DNA of 63,072 nucleotides from contig DASQAV010000008.1 in the NCBI GenBank assembly GCA_035635575.1, forward strand, positions 1 to 63,072, written 5' to 3'. The notes below the pieces were generated by a model, which did not search any database, was not told the DNA's origin, and saw nothing but the letters and a program-made list of their open reading frames with translations. This document shows, in pieces, positions 37,115 to 46,308 of the stretch. Each line of letters begins with the position of its first letter. Positions within the stretch are counted from its first letter, which is position 1. The stretch is from Candidatus Dormiibacterota bacterium (GTDB taxonomy: Bacteria; Eisenbacteria; RBG-16-71-46; SZUA-252). The position numbers and the translations under genes were made by a program.

Positions 37115-39745
37115 TCAGCGCGCTCCGCCGGCCGCGCGCGTCCCCTGGCCCGCCCGCGGCGCCTGGCCTGCCCGCGGCGTCTGGCCCGGCGGCGGCTCCG
37201 CCGAGATCCGGAGCGAGTCCTCGTACGCCTTGAGCCACGCTGCGCCCTGCGGGTCTTCGGGATGGGCCCGCGCCCAGGTACGCAGCACGTCCACGCCCTC
37301 CTGCTTGCGTCCCTCGAGCCAGAGCGCGCTGAAGAGCGCGCCGAACCAGTCGAAGTAGCGCTGGTCGATGGCGCAGGCGCGCCGGAGCTCGTCCAGCCCC
37401 TTCTCGATCAGGACCGGATTCCGGGTCTTGTGGCCGCGCTGCCAGTGGATGACGCCGAGGTGGTAATAGAACTCCGCGGAATTCGGGAAGCGCTGCTGCG
37501 CATCCGTGAAGACGCGCTCGGCATTCAGAGTGTCTCCCATGTCCTGATAGGACTTGCCGAGGTACTCGAGGAGCCCGGGGAAATCGGGCGTCATCTTGAC
37601 AGCGTCCCGCAGCACGTTGAGCGCGTCCTTGGTCTGCCCCTCCTGCTGGAGCTGGTAGGCGACCTGGACGTGGGCCGCGCTGTAGTTCTGCACCAGCTTG
37701 TAGGCGTTGTCGTCCTTGTACACGGTCCGGTCGTAGTCGCGGTTCTTGTTCAGGAGCCCGCCGTAGCGGAACACGTGGTAGAGGTTGTAGAGGGTCTTGT
37801 TCACGTCCACGACGTGGTCCCCCACCGGAGTCGGGCTGATCCGGAACACCAGGCCTTCCAGGACCTGGTTCTTGTCGAATCCCAGCTGCTCGGGAACGGT
37901 GACCGCCATGTAGATCGGCCGCTTCCACCCGTTGACCTTCACCATGTCCGCGACGGCCTGATCCTTCACCCAGACGATCTTTCCCGTCTTCTCGTCCTGG
38001 TATGGCTGGATGGCATCGAGCTGGGAGTCGGTGAAGGAGAACGGAACGCGCGGCTCCTGGTCGCGCAGCTGCTTGATGTACCAGGGCGTGTTGAGAAGGC
38101 TCAGGTTCACGACCCGCACGTCCTTCCGTACCTTCTCCACCTCCTGGATGTACCAGAGCGGGAACGTGTCGTTGTCCCCGTTCGTGATCACGATCGCGTT
38201 CGGCGCGAGCGGCGTGAGCATGTTGTACGCGTAGTCGTGCGCGATGTAGAAGCCCGACCGGTCGTGCTCGTACCACCCGTTCTTGAGCGGGAGGAGCGAG
38301 ATCCCGATCAGCGCCAGGGCCGCGATCCAGAGCCCCTTGCGCTCCCCTGCGAACGTGGCGGCCAGGCCGGATCGGGCCGGCTCGAGCGCCCGCGCGATCC
38401 AGTCCAGAATGCCCGCGGCGCCCATCCCCATCCAGATGGCCAGGAAGTGATAGGAGTTCGTGAAGAAATAATCGCGCTCGCGCACCTCGTGATCGGTGAA
38501 GTTGAGGTAGAAGATGAGCGCGGGGCCCATCACCACGTTCTGCGTCAGGAAGAACCAGAACGTCTTCTTGTCCCGCTTCCAGTTCCACCACGCGCCCAGA
38601 GCCAGAAGGAGGAACGGGATGGAATTGATCGCGAGGACCCAGAAGGAATCCGGGCCGAAGGGGCCGAATCCGCTCGTCAGCGTGTACTGCTGTCCGACGT
38701 AGCGGAAGTACATGTGGCTGATCTGGTACCAGACGTCCGCGCGGCGCTCGAAGGGGCTGGAGGGTCCGTACTGCTTGCGCAGGAGATAGTCCTTCCAGGT
38801 ATGGAAGGTCTCCGGCGCTCCCTCGTTCACGTTGGGATGCTGCTGGCTGCGCACGAGGAGGAAGAGCTGGACGGTGAATCCCACCAGGAGCGCGATCATC
38901 CACCAGGTGAAGAGGTTGTTCTTCACGAGCTTCTTGCGGTTCAGGGTGTAGATCCCGACCAGAATCGCGAACACCGTGAGGATGAGCGGGAGGGGCACGT
39001 CCACGTCGGCAGAGAACTCGTTCACCCACAGGAAGAGGACGAACCCTCCCAGGAGCGCCGCCGATGCCCAGAATTTCCCCGTCTTGAAATAGTTCGGGCG
39101 GGCGATCGCGAAGAGCACGAGAAGGCCGGGGGCTACGAGAATCGTTCCGAGATGCACGGCCGCGGAGATGGAGAGGAGATAGACGATCAGGACCAGGAGC
39201 CGGTCGTTCCCGGTCTCCCCCAGATGCTCCCACCAGTTGAACGACAGCCAGATGGTGAACGCGACCAGGAAGGAGGACAGGGAGTAGACCTCGGCCTCGA
39301 TGGCGCTGTCCCAGAAGGAGTTCGAGAATGCGACGAAGAACGCCGCGATCAATCCGCCGACCTCGCAGGCGAGCTGACGCGAGGGCTGCGATGCCTGGTC
39401 CCCGAACCACCGGCGGAGAGAGCGCACGGTGATGAGGAACGTGAAGAGCGCCGTGAGCGCCGAGGCCAGCGCGCTCATGAAATTCACCTTCCACGCCACG
39501 CCCCCGATCGGGATGAGGCTCATCATCCGCCCCAGCATCGTGTACACGGGATTCCCGGGCGGATGCGGCAGCCCCAGGATGTAGGACGTGGCGATGAACT
39601 CGCCGGAATCCCAGAACGGGACCGTCGGCGTCAGCGTCCGGAGGTAGGCCAGAAGCGGGACGAGGAAGGCGAACGCCGCGGCGATCAGGTGCCAGCGGTC
39701 CGCGTTCCTGCCCAGCGCGCTCACGTCTACCCGCTCCGCGCTCAT
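37115..39745 (-). CDS. DUF2723 (TMEM260-like) GT-C membrane glycosyltransferase with C-terminal TPR domain
   Basis: 876 aa. Hallmark VPFWDSGEFIATSYILGLPHPPGNPVY near the N-terminus, about 11 TM helices, a periplasmic middle domain, TPR-like C-terminus (...LGKSYQDMGDTLNAERVF...AEFYYHLGVIHWQRG...) and a Pro/Ala/Gly repeat tail. Confidence 0.8.
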   Translation of the reverse strand: MSAERVDVSALGRNADRWHLIAAAFAFLVPLLAYLRTLTPTVPFWDSGEFIATSYILGLPHPPGNPVYTMLGRMMSLIPIGGVAWKVNFMSALASALTALFTFLITVRSLRRWFGDQASQPSRQLACEVGGLIAAFFVAFSNSFWDSAIEAEVYSLSSFLVAFTIWLSFNWWEHLGETGNDRLLVLIVYLLSISAAVHLGTILVAPGLLVLFAIARPNYFKTGKFWASAALLGGFVLFLWVNEFSADVDVPLPLILTVFAILVGIYTLNRKKLVKNNLFTWWMIALLVGFTVQLFLLVRSQQHPNVNEGAPETFHTWKDYLLRKQYGPSSPFERRADVWYQISHMYFRYVGQQYTLTSGFGPFGPDSFWVLAINSIPFLLLALGAWWNWKRDKKTFWFFLTQNVVMGPALIFYLNFTDHEVRERDYFFTNSYHFLAIWMGMGAAGILDWIARALEPARSGLAATFAGERKGLWIAALALIGISLLPLKNGWYEHDRSGFYIAHDYAYNMLTPLAPNAIVITNGDNDTFPLWYIQEVEKVRKDVRVVNLSLLNTPWYIKQLRDQEPRVPFSFTDSQLDAIQPYQDEKTGKIVWVKDQAVADMVKVNGWKRPIYMAVTVPEQLGFDKNQVLEGLVFRISPTPVGDHVVDVNKTLYNLYHVFRYGGLLNKNRDYDRTVYKDDNAYKLVQNYSAAHVQVAYQLQQEGQTKDALNVLRDAVKMTPDFPGLLEYLGKSYQDMGDTLNAERVFTDAQQRFPNSAEFYYHLGVIHWQRGHKTRNPVLIEKGLDELRRACAIDQRYFDWFGALFSALWLEGRKQEGVDVLRTWARAHPEDPQGAAWLKAYEDSLRISAEPPPGQTPRAGQAPRAGQGTRAAGGAR

Positions 39746-40794
39746 CCCCGGCCTTCCCCCGGCGAGGCCTCTCGCTCGCCGATGCGCTTCTGCTTCCGCT
39801 GCTCGATGCGCTTCCCGATCGCGCGCCGCGGCGTGCGGGAGATGAAGATGAGCCCGCCCAGGAGGCTGATCAGGACCGAGATGATGTAGGTGAGGAACGG
39901 AATGCTGAAGGCCTGCTCCCGCGTCATACCCGCCATCCGGAAGAGCACCACCGCCGCCCCTTCACGCACGCCGATCCCGTTCAGGGAAATGGGAAGCGAG
40001 ATGAGCGCCGCCAGGATCGGGACGAAGAGGAAGTAGTACGAGAGCGAGACGCGCACGCCCAGCGCCAGCCCGACGAGATAGTGGACGTAGATGCGGCTGA
40101 TCTGCACGAGGGTGGACGCGACGTAGGCCGCCGCGAGCGCGCCTCCCTGATTCCGGAATCCGTGGAGGTCGTCCATGAGCCGCGCGATCGCGCGCTCCAC
40201 CTTCCGGGCCCCGATCATGCGAAAGGGGCGCTCGAAGGCCTGGAGCACGCCGCGATGGAAGATGCTCACGAAGAGCGCCAGCGCCATGAGGAACACCACG
40301 AGCGTGGCCACGTACAGGGCGTGGAGGTGCACCCGGTCCAGGGCCGTGATCGAGGCGATGACGGCCAGGAATCCGATGGCCACCACGCCGATCAGCCGGT
40401 CCATGAGCGTCGCCGAGAAGACGGAGCTCACGCGGTCCGCGTGCTTGGAGGCGTCGCTGATGCGGGCGATGTCCCCTCCGATGTTCGAAGGCAGGAAATT
40501 GTTGAAGAAGAGCCCGACGAAGTAATACGACGCCGCCTTGGGATAGGGAATCGCCACCCCCTGCGCGCGGAGCAGCCGCGCCCAGAGCCAGCTCCCGATG
40601 AGGCTCGACACGAGAAAGAGCGCCGCGGCCAGGGCGAGGAGACCCGGATCGGCCGCGCGCATCGTACTCCATACGTTGCGCGGCGAGACCTTCGCGATGA
40701 CGTACGCGAAGAGGAGCACGCTGAGGAGGATCTTGAGCGCGATGAGGGGCACTTTGAGCTTCCGGAGCGTGCCCGAGCCCGTCTCGCCCTTCAT
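39742..40794 (-). CDS. UPF0104 / lysyl-PG-synthase-TM-like flippase-like membrane protein
   Basis: ATG 40794 overlaps the upstream stop (ATGA). Motif FFNNFLPSNIGGDIARI, about 8 TM helices. Confidence 0.8.
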   Translation of the reverse strand: MKGETGSGTLRKLKVPLIALKILLSVLLFAYVIAKVSPRNVWSTMRAADPGLLALAAALFLVSSLIGSWLWARLLRAQGVAIPYPKAASYYFVGLFFNNFLPSNIGGDIARISDASKHADRVSSVFSATLMDRLIGVVAIGFLAVIASITALDRVHLHALYVATLVVFLMALALFVSIFHRGVLQAFERPFRMIGARKVERAIARLMDDLHGFRNQGGALAAAYVASTLVQISRIYVHYLVGLALGVRVSLSYYFLFVPILAALISLPISLNGIGVREGAAVVLFRMAGMTREQAFSIPFLTYIISVLISLLGGLIFISRTPRRAIGKRIEQRKQKRIGEREASPGEGRG

Positions 40795-41912
40795 GCCGCT
40801 CCCGCCGCTCTCGCCGCGCGCTCGATCACGATCCGGCTCTCCGCGTAGCAGCGCTCCCACGTGAAGCCGCGCGCCCACCGGATCGCCGCCTCCGCCATGC
40901 GAAGCCTCCGGGGACGGTCGGTGAGGAGCGACACGATGGCGCCCGCGAGTGCCTGCGCGTCGCCGTGCGGCACCAGGATGCCGGTTTCCTGGTCCCGGAC
41001 GGATTCGACGAGACCCGGGCTCCGGCTCGCCACGACGGGCGTGCCGCAGGCGTTCGCCTCGATGACGGTGAGGCCCCAGCCCTCCTTGGGAGAGGGCGCC
41101 GTGGCGACCAGCGCCTGGTTCAGGGCCGCCACCTTGTCCCGGTGGCTCAGGGCACCCAGGAACTCGACCCGGCTCTCGATCCCCAGCGAGCGCGCCAGCG
41201 ATTTCAAGACGTCGCGGTAGGGACCGTCGCCCACGATCCGGAGCCTCGCCTCCGGGACGCGGATCAACACGAGGGGAAAGGCGCGGATCAGATGCTGCGC
41301 GCCCTTGTACTTCCGGAGGCGTCCCACGAAGACCACGATGGGCGAATGTCGAGCCTCGGGCGGGACCGTGACGGCGTAGGCGTCGTGATCCAGGCCGCAG
41401 CGCACGACATCGATCCGCTCGCGCGAAATTCCGCGCTGCACGAGATCGTCTCGCGTGCTCTCGGAGATGGCGAGGAACGGAACGCCGCGGTACACGAGGG
41501 GAATCAAGCTCTCGTGGGCCCGTACCAGGGCGCCCAGGACGGGCGAGGCCTCCTGGAACACGGTGGAGCCGAAGAGATGCGGCACCACGGCGAGCACAGG
41601 GGCGCGGACGTACCAGGGCGTGAAGAAGGGAACCTTGTTGATGTCTTCCAGGACAAGATCAAATCGCTCTCCCCGAAGCTTTCGTCGATACAGCTGGGCG
41701 AGGGCAAGATGCGCATTGTACCACGATCCCGCGCGCAGGACGCGCATGCCCTGAACCGTTTCCTCGGCCTTCGATCCCGGGAACGCTTCCGCGAGCCAGG
41801 TCACCTGGTCGCCGTCCCGCACGGCGCGGGTCAGGATCTCCGAGAGATGGAGCTCGGCGCCCCCGGCCTCCGGGTGCCGGGGGTCCCTCCAATTGAAGGC
41901 GAGGAGATTCAC
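40791..41912 (-). CDS. GT4 glycosyltransferase
   Basis: GTG 41912 overlaps the upstream stop (GTGA). PSPKEGWGLTVIEANACGTPVVASRSPGLVESVRDQETGILV. Confidence 0.85.
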   Translation of the reverse strand: MNLLAFNWRDPRHPEAGGAELHLSEILTRAVRDGDQVTWLAEAFPGSKAEETVQGMRVLRAGSWYNAHLALAQLYRRKLRGERFDLVLEDINKVPFFTPWYVRAPVLAVVPHLFGSTVFQEASPVLGALVRAHESLIPLVYRGVPFLAISESTRDDLVQRGISRERIDVVRCGLDHDAYAVTVPPEARHSPIVVFVGRLRKYKGAQHLIRAFPLVLIRVPEARLRIVGDGPYRDVLKSLARSLGIESRVEFLGALSHRDKVAALNQALVATAPSPKEGWGLTVIEANACGTPVVASRSPGLVESVRDQETGILVPHGDAQALAGAIVSLLTDRPRRLRMAEAAIRWARGFTWERCYAESRIVIERAARAAGAA

Positions 41913-42715
41913 CCGATAGATACACCGGAGGGCGAGGAATCCGCCCGCTCTTTTCGGCCGAGCGCGCCGATCACGAAGTAGGTGTAGAAGGCGATCCGGC
42001 TCTTGCGGAGCCGGGCGCGGGCCGTGGCCATGAGGCGGGAGAGCAAGGGAAGGGGCGGCGGGAAGAGGGGCAGCCGCGCGACACGCGATCGAAGGAGCAC
42101 CACCCGGAGCGAGCGGTAGAGGAGCCCGGGGACCATCCAGTTTCCGTACCGCCGCGTCACGGTCACCCCGGCCCTCCGCATGAGCCCCTCCAGCTCGCCG
42201 ATCGTGAACTCGGTCTCCCACCCCGCGAACCACTTCCCCATCGCGATGAGGAGATGCTTGAGCACCGTGTAGAGATGGAAGCGCTGCGGCACGTCCACGA
42301 GCAGGACTCCCTCCGGCTCCAGCGCGCGGACGTTCTCGCGCAGGAGCGGGAGCGGATCGCGGAAATGCTCGAGGAGGCCTTGATGGAACACCACGTGGAA
42401 GGCGCCGTCCCGGAAGGGCATCCGGAGCGCGTCCGCGCGAACCAGGTGAACGCGCTGTCCCGCGCGCTCGGCGACGGCGCGGGATACGTGCAACGAGGCC
42501 AGGGAATAGTCCAGCACCACCGCGACCGCCCCGGCCTGCGCCAGCGTGACGCTGTCGCGTCCGGAGCCCGCCCCCACCTCGAGCACGCGCTTCCCCGCGA
42601 CCGGGGTCGCGGCCAGGATCTCCTCCACCACGCGTCCCTCGGTGGGATAGACGTCCTCGATCTCCGCGCGCTCGCGCCAGAAGCGCGACCAGTGGGCTTC
42701 GGTGGATTGACGCAC
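41909..42715 (-). CDS. class I SAM-dependent methyltransferase
   Basis: VLEVGAGSGRDS motif I and FHVVFHQGLLEHF. GTG start. Confidence 0.85.
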   Translation of the reverse strand: MRQSTEAHWSRFWRERAEIEDVYPTEGRVVEEILAATPVAGKRVLEVGAGSGRDSVTLAQAGAVAVVLDYSLASLHVSRAVAERAGQRVHLVRADALRMPFRDGAFHVVFHQGLLEHFRDPLPLLRENVRALEPEGVLLVDVPQRFHLYTVLKHLLIAMGKWFAGWETEFTIGELEGLMRRAGVTVTRRYGNWMVPGLLYRSLRVVLLRSRVARLPLFPPPLPLLSRLMATARARLRKSRIAFYTYFVIGALGRKERADSSPSGVSIG

Positions 42716-42718
42716 GGA

Positions 42719-43444
42719 CTATTCCCCGGAGGCGAGTCGCGCGGCCAGGACGGGCGGGAGGCTCGCGGCGCGGATCTTCTCCTGCGCCGCTTCGATGTCG
42801 TACGGCACGCGCACGAACTCGATCGTGCCCACGGGCTCCTCGAGAAGGACGAAGCATGCGCGCGGGTCGCGGTCACGCGGCTGGCCGACGCTCCCGACGT
42901 TCACGATGTAGCGATAGAGCGGATCGAAGCGAAGGGTGGTGGGCGGCAGCGACTCACACCCGGCCGCGGTGCGCTCGAAGATCGCGGGCTGGTGCGTGTG
43001 CCCGATGAAGCAGGCGGCCTCGGTGAAGAACTGGAACTGGGGCTCCGCGTCGAAGCGGTCGAAGATGTACTCCCAGTCGCGGGGCGCGGCCGGGGAGGCG
43101 TGGACGAAGAGATACGGCTCGCGGCGCTGCGACAGGGTGAGAGCGCGCAGGTAGTCGCGGTTCTGGGTCGTAAGGACTTTCGCGGTCCAGAGCGCGGCGG
43201 CCTTCGCGTTCGGGTTGAAGCGCGAGATCTCCGGTCCGCCGCTCGCGGCGGAATCGTGATTGCCCAGGAGCACCAGCTGGGAGCGCTTCCGGATGAGGTT
43301 CAGGCACTCGTTCGGGCTGCCGCCGTAGCCGACCGCGTCCCCGAGGCACAGGATCCGGTCCGCGCCGCGTTCGTCCACGGCTTTCAGGACCGCCTCCAGC
43401 GCTTCGAGGTTGGCGTGTACGTCGGAAAGGAGCGCCGTCTTCAT
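42719..43444 (-). CDS. metallophosphoesterase (YfcE/Metallophos_2-like)
   Basis: LSDVHAN, CLGDAVGYG, LLGNHD, IGHTH motifs. ATGA overlap with the nusB stop. Confidence 0.85.
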   Translation of the reverse strand: MKTALLSDVHANLEALEAVLKAVDERGADRILCLGDAVGYGGSPNECLNLIRKRSQLVLLGNHDSAASGGPEISRFNPNAKAAALWTAKVLTTQNRDYLRALTLSQRREPYLFVHASPAAPRDWEYIFDRFDAEPQFQFFTEAACFIGHTHQPAIFERTAAGCESLPPTTLRFDPLYRYIVNVGSVGQPRDRDPRACFVLLEEPVGTIEFVRVPYDIEAAQEKIRAASLPPVLAARLASGE

Positions 43445-43860
43445 CCCGGTGGCCGCACGTCGTGGGCGAGCCGGTCCAGGATGCCGTTCACGAAGGCGCC
43501 GGAGGTTTCCATGCCGTATTTCTTGGCGATTTCGATCGCCTCGTCAAGCGCAACCCGTACCGGCACCTCGGCGTGGTAGAGAAGCTCCGCCGCGGCGAGG
43601 CGGATCACCGAGCGATCGGTGGCGGCCATGCGCGAGAGCGACCAGTTCTTGGCGATGCGCGAAACAACGGCGTCGATCTCCGGCTGATGGAGCGCCAGGG
43701 TGGAGACGAGCGAGCCCGCGAAGTCCCGGGTCTCGGAATCGGCCGCCTCCTCCAGATCTTCCAGAATTTCCTCGTAACAGCGCTCGACGGGATCGCCGGT
43801 CACGTCCGATTGGTACGCCGCGCGAAACGCCAGCTCGCGGGCCTGGCGCCGCCGCGTCAA
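43441..43860 (-). CDS. nusB: transcription antitermination factor NusB
   Basis: RRRQARELAFRAAYQ..., AELLYHAEVPVRVALDEAIEIAKKYG. TTG start overlapping the ribH stop (TTGA). Confidence 0.93.
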   Translation of the reverse strand: MTRRRQARELAFRAAYQSDVTGDPVERCYEEILEDLEEAADSETRDFAGSLVSTLALHQPEIDAVVSRIAKNWSLSRMAATDRSVIRLAAAELLYHAEVPVRVALDEAIEIAKKYGMETSGAFVNGILDRLAHDVRPPG

Positions 43861-44390
43861 CGCGGCCTCCGTCCCAGCGCGCGGCAGAGTCGCGCCATCT
43901 CGATCGCGCCCTCGGCCGCCTCCTCACCCTTGTTGCCGTGCGCTCCGCCCGCCCGCTCCAGCGCCTGCTCCTCCGTGTCCGTGGTGAGCACACCGAAGAG
44001 CACCGGGACGCCGCTCTCGTAGGAAGTCCGGGCGATTCCACGGGAGGCCTCCCCCGCCACGTAGTCGAAGTGGGGCGTCTCCCCCCGCACGACCGCGCCC
44101 AGGCAGACGATGGCGTCGTGCTTCCGGGAGGCCGCGAGGCGCTTCGCGACGGCCGGGAGCTCGAAGGCGCCCGGTACCTTCACGACCAGGACGTCCCGCG
44201 CGCGCACCCCGCGGCGCTCGAGAGCCCCGAGGGCGCCCTCGAGGAGCCGCGCTCCCACGCGCTCGTTGAAGCGAGAGAGAAGGACCGCGATCCTAAGCCC
44301 CGCGCCCTCGAGCGTCCCCTCGAGCACGCGAGGAGCGCCGCCCCCCGCCGAGGAAGCGGATCGGGCGGGAGCGGATCGGGCGCGGCTCAT
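43857..44390 (-). CDS. ribH: 6,7-dimethyl-8-ribityllumazine synthase
   Basis: IAVLLSRFNERV, VKVPGAFELPAVAKRLA, HFDYVAGEASRG. ATG 44390 overlaps the ribBA stop. Confidence 0.92.
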   Translation of the reverse strand: MSRARSAPARSASSAGGGAPRVLEGTLEGAGLRIAVLLSRFNERVGARLLEGALGALERRGVRARDVLVVKVPGAFELPAVAKRLAASRKHDAIVCLGAVVRGETPHFDYVAGEASRGIARTSYESGVPVLFGVLTTDTEEQALERAGGAHGNKGEEAAEGAIEMARLCRALGRRPR

Positions 44391-45652
44391 GGCCGGTAGC
44401 CCCGCTTCCCGTTCCCACGCGCCGCGTGCGTCCGGACGGCGAGCGGATGCTTCAGGAGATGCCCCAGACGGTCGCGCTTGGTCGCGAGATAGCGCGCGTT
44501 CGAGACGTTGGGAGTGATCTCCAGCGGCTCGCGCGCCACGACGTCGATCCCGTATTCGCGGAGCGCCTGGATCTTGCGCGGGTTGTTGGTCAGTAGCCGG
44601 ACCTTGGAGTACCGGAGATCGCGGAGGATCTGCGCCGCCACGCCGTAGTCGCGAAGATCGGGCGCGAAACCCAATTGGAGATTGGCCTCGACCGTGTCGA
44701 GCCCCAGGTCTTGCAGCTCGTAGGCGCGGAGCTTGTTCGCGAGGCCGATGCCGCGCCCTTCCTGGCGAAGATACAGGAACGCTCCCGCGCCCTCGCGGTC
44801 GATGCGCTCGAGCGAAGCCTCCAGCTGCTCCCCGCAGTCGCAGCGCTGGGATCCGAAGACGTCGCCGGTCAGGCACTGGGAGTGCACGCGCACGAGGCGC
44901 GGGCCCTTCCCCGCCGTTCCCTTCACGAGGGCGACGTGGTGGTACCCGTCCACCTGGCTCTCGTACACCATCACGCGGAAGCTCCCGAAACGGGTCGGGA
45001 GGCGCGAGGACGCCACGCGTCGGATGAGCCGCTCGTGAAGGTATCGGTAGCGGATCAGATCCCGGATCGTGACGAGCACGAGCTCGTGCCGCCGGGCGAG
45101 CCGCGTCAGGTCGCGTCCCCTCGCCATCGTTCCGTCCGGGGACAGGATCTCGCAGAGGAGCCCCGCGGGCTTGAGCCCCGCGAGCCGCACGAGATCCAGC
45201 GCCGCTTCGGTGTGGCCGGGGCGCTTCAGCACGCCCTCGTCCGCGGCGCGCAGCGGGAACACGTGCCCCGGACGCGCCAGGTCCTCGGGCTTCGTCCTGG
45301 GATCCGCGAGCGCCCGGATCGTGAGCGCCCGGTCATGGGCCGAGGAACCCGACGTCGTGCCGCGAAGGAGATCCACCGAGACCGTGAACGGCGTCGCGAA
45401 TCGCGCCGTGTTGACCGGAGCCATGAGCGAGAGCCCCAGCGCTTCCAGCCGGCTTCCCGGCATCGACACGCAGATCAGACCACGCGCTTCCCGGGCCATG
45501 AAGTTCACGTCGTCGGCCGAGGCCTTCTCCGCCGCCATCACGAAGTCTCCTTCGTTCTCGCGGTCCTCGTCGTCCACGACGACCACCATCTTCCCGGCGC
45601 GGATCGCCTGGAGCGCTTCCTCGATGCTCGAGAACGCTTCGGGACTCTTCAT
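44387..45652 (-). CDS. ribBA: bifunctional 3,4-dihydroxy-2-butanone-4-phosphate synthase / GTP cyclohydrolase II
   Basis: VVVDDEDRENEGDFVMAAE (DHBP synthase) and HSQCLTGDVFGSQRCDCGEQL (GCH II zinc site). ATG 45652 overlaps the ribE stop. Confidence 0.95.
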   Translation of the reverse strand: MKSPEAFSSIEEALQAIRAGKMVVVVDDEDRENEGDFVMAAEKASADDVNFMAREARGLICVSMPGSRLEALGLSLMAPVNTARFATPFTVSVDLLRGTTSGSSAHDRALTIRALADPRTKPEDLARPGHVFPLRAADEGVLKRPGHTEAALDLVRLAGLKPAGLLCEILSPDGTMARGRDLTRLARRHELVLVTIRDLIRYRYLHERLIRRVASSRLPTRFGSFRVMVYESQVDGYHHVALVKGTAGKGPRLVRVHSQCLTGDVFGSQRCDCGEQLEASLERIDREGAGAFLYLRQEGRGIGLANKLRAYELQDLGLDTVEANLQLGFAPDLRDYGVAAQILRDLRYSKVRLLTNNPRKIQALREYGIDVVAREPLEITPNVSNARYLATKRDRLGHLLKHPLAVRTHAARGNGKRGYRP

Positions 45653-46308
45653 GCGCGGCCGCTCCGTGCCTCGAGCCCGGACGGCGCCGCGAGGATTCCG
45701 CGCGCCAGTGCCAGGCGCTCGAGATACCGGGCCAGGAGATCCACTTCCAGATTCACGTCGGTTCCCTCCTCGTATTCCGATGCGATCGTGTGCTCGAGTG
45801 TGTACGGCACGAGCGCGACCACGGCCCGCGTGCCCTCGCACGCGGCCACCGTCAGGCTGATGCCGTCCAGGGCGATCGATCCCTTCACCGCGACATAGGG
45901 TGCAAGCGATTCCGGGATCTCGACCGAGACGAGCACGTCGCTTCCCGACCGGCGAACCGACGCGATCCTCGCGACGGAATCCACGTGCCCCGAGACCCAG
46001 TGGCCGCCCAGCTCATCCCCCAGCCGGAGCGCCCGTTCCAGATTCACCCTTCCGCCGGGGACGAGCTTCCCGAGCGTGGTGTGGCGCAGCGTCTCCGGCA
46101 CCGCGGTCGCGTGGAGGACGCCCTCCTGCGCCCGCTCCACCGTGAGGCAGACTCCGTTCACGGAAACGGAGGCCCCCGCGGGCGGAGGAGCGTCAAACCC
46201 GGCGCGGATGCTGAGCCGGACCGCTCCCGGGCCCGCCGGTGTTGCATCCGGCGCGAGAGGTCCGATGGCTTCGACGCGTCCCACCCGCTCGACGATGCCG
46301 CTAAACAT
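45649..46308 (-). CDS. ribE: riboflavin synthase alpha chain
   Basis: MFSGIVERVGRV..., duplicated lumazine-binding halves (VNGVCLTV / LDGISLTV). Confidence 0.93.
   Translation of the reverse strand: MFSGIVERVGRVEAIGPLAPDATPAGPGAVRLSIRAGFDAPPPAGASVSVNGVCLTVERAQEGVLHATAVPETLRHTTLGKLVPGGRVNLERALRLGDELGGHWVSGHVDSVARIASVRRSGSDVLVSVEIPESLAPYVAVKGSIALDGISLTVAACEGTRAVVALVPYTLEHTIASEYEEGTDVNLEVDLLARYLERLALARGILAAPSGLEARSGRA

Noticed and set aside
36293-39889. 1198-aa plus-strand ORF, the longest in the track. Similar giant ORFs lie at 15478-18084 (868 aa), 57904-60327 (807 aa), 881-2980 (699 aa), 47793-48713 and 48843-50555.
   Set aside because: Each lies entirely antisense to genes with unmistakable family motifs. 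Their translations are Arg/Gly/His/Pro/Glu-rich low complexity with no recognisable domains. In DNA this GC-rich the AT-rich stop codons are scarce, so long spurious antisense ORFs are expected.
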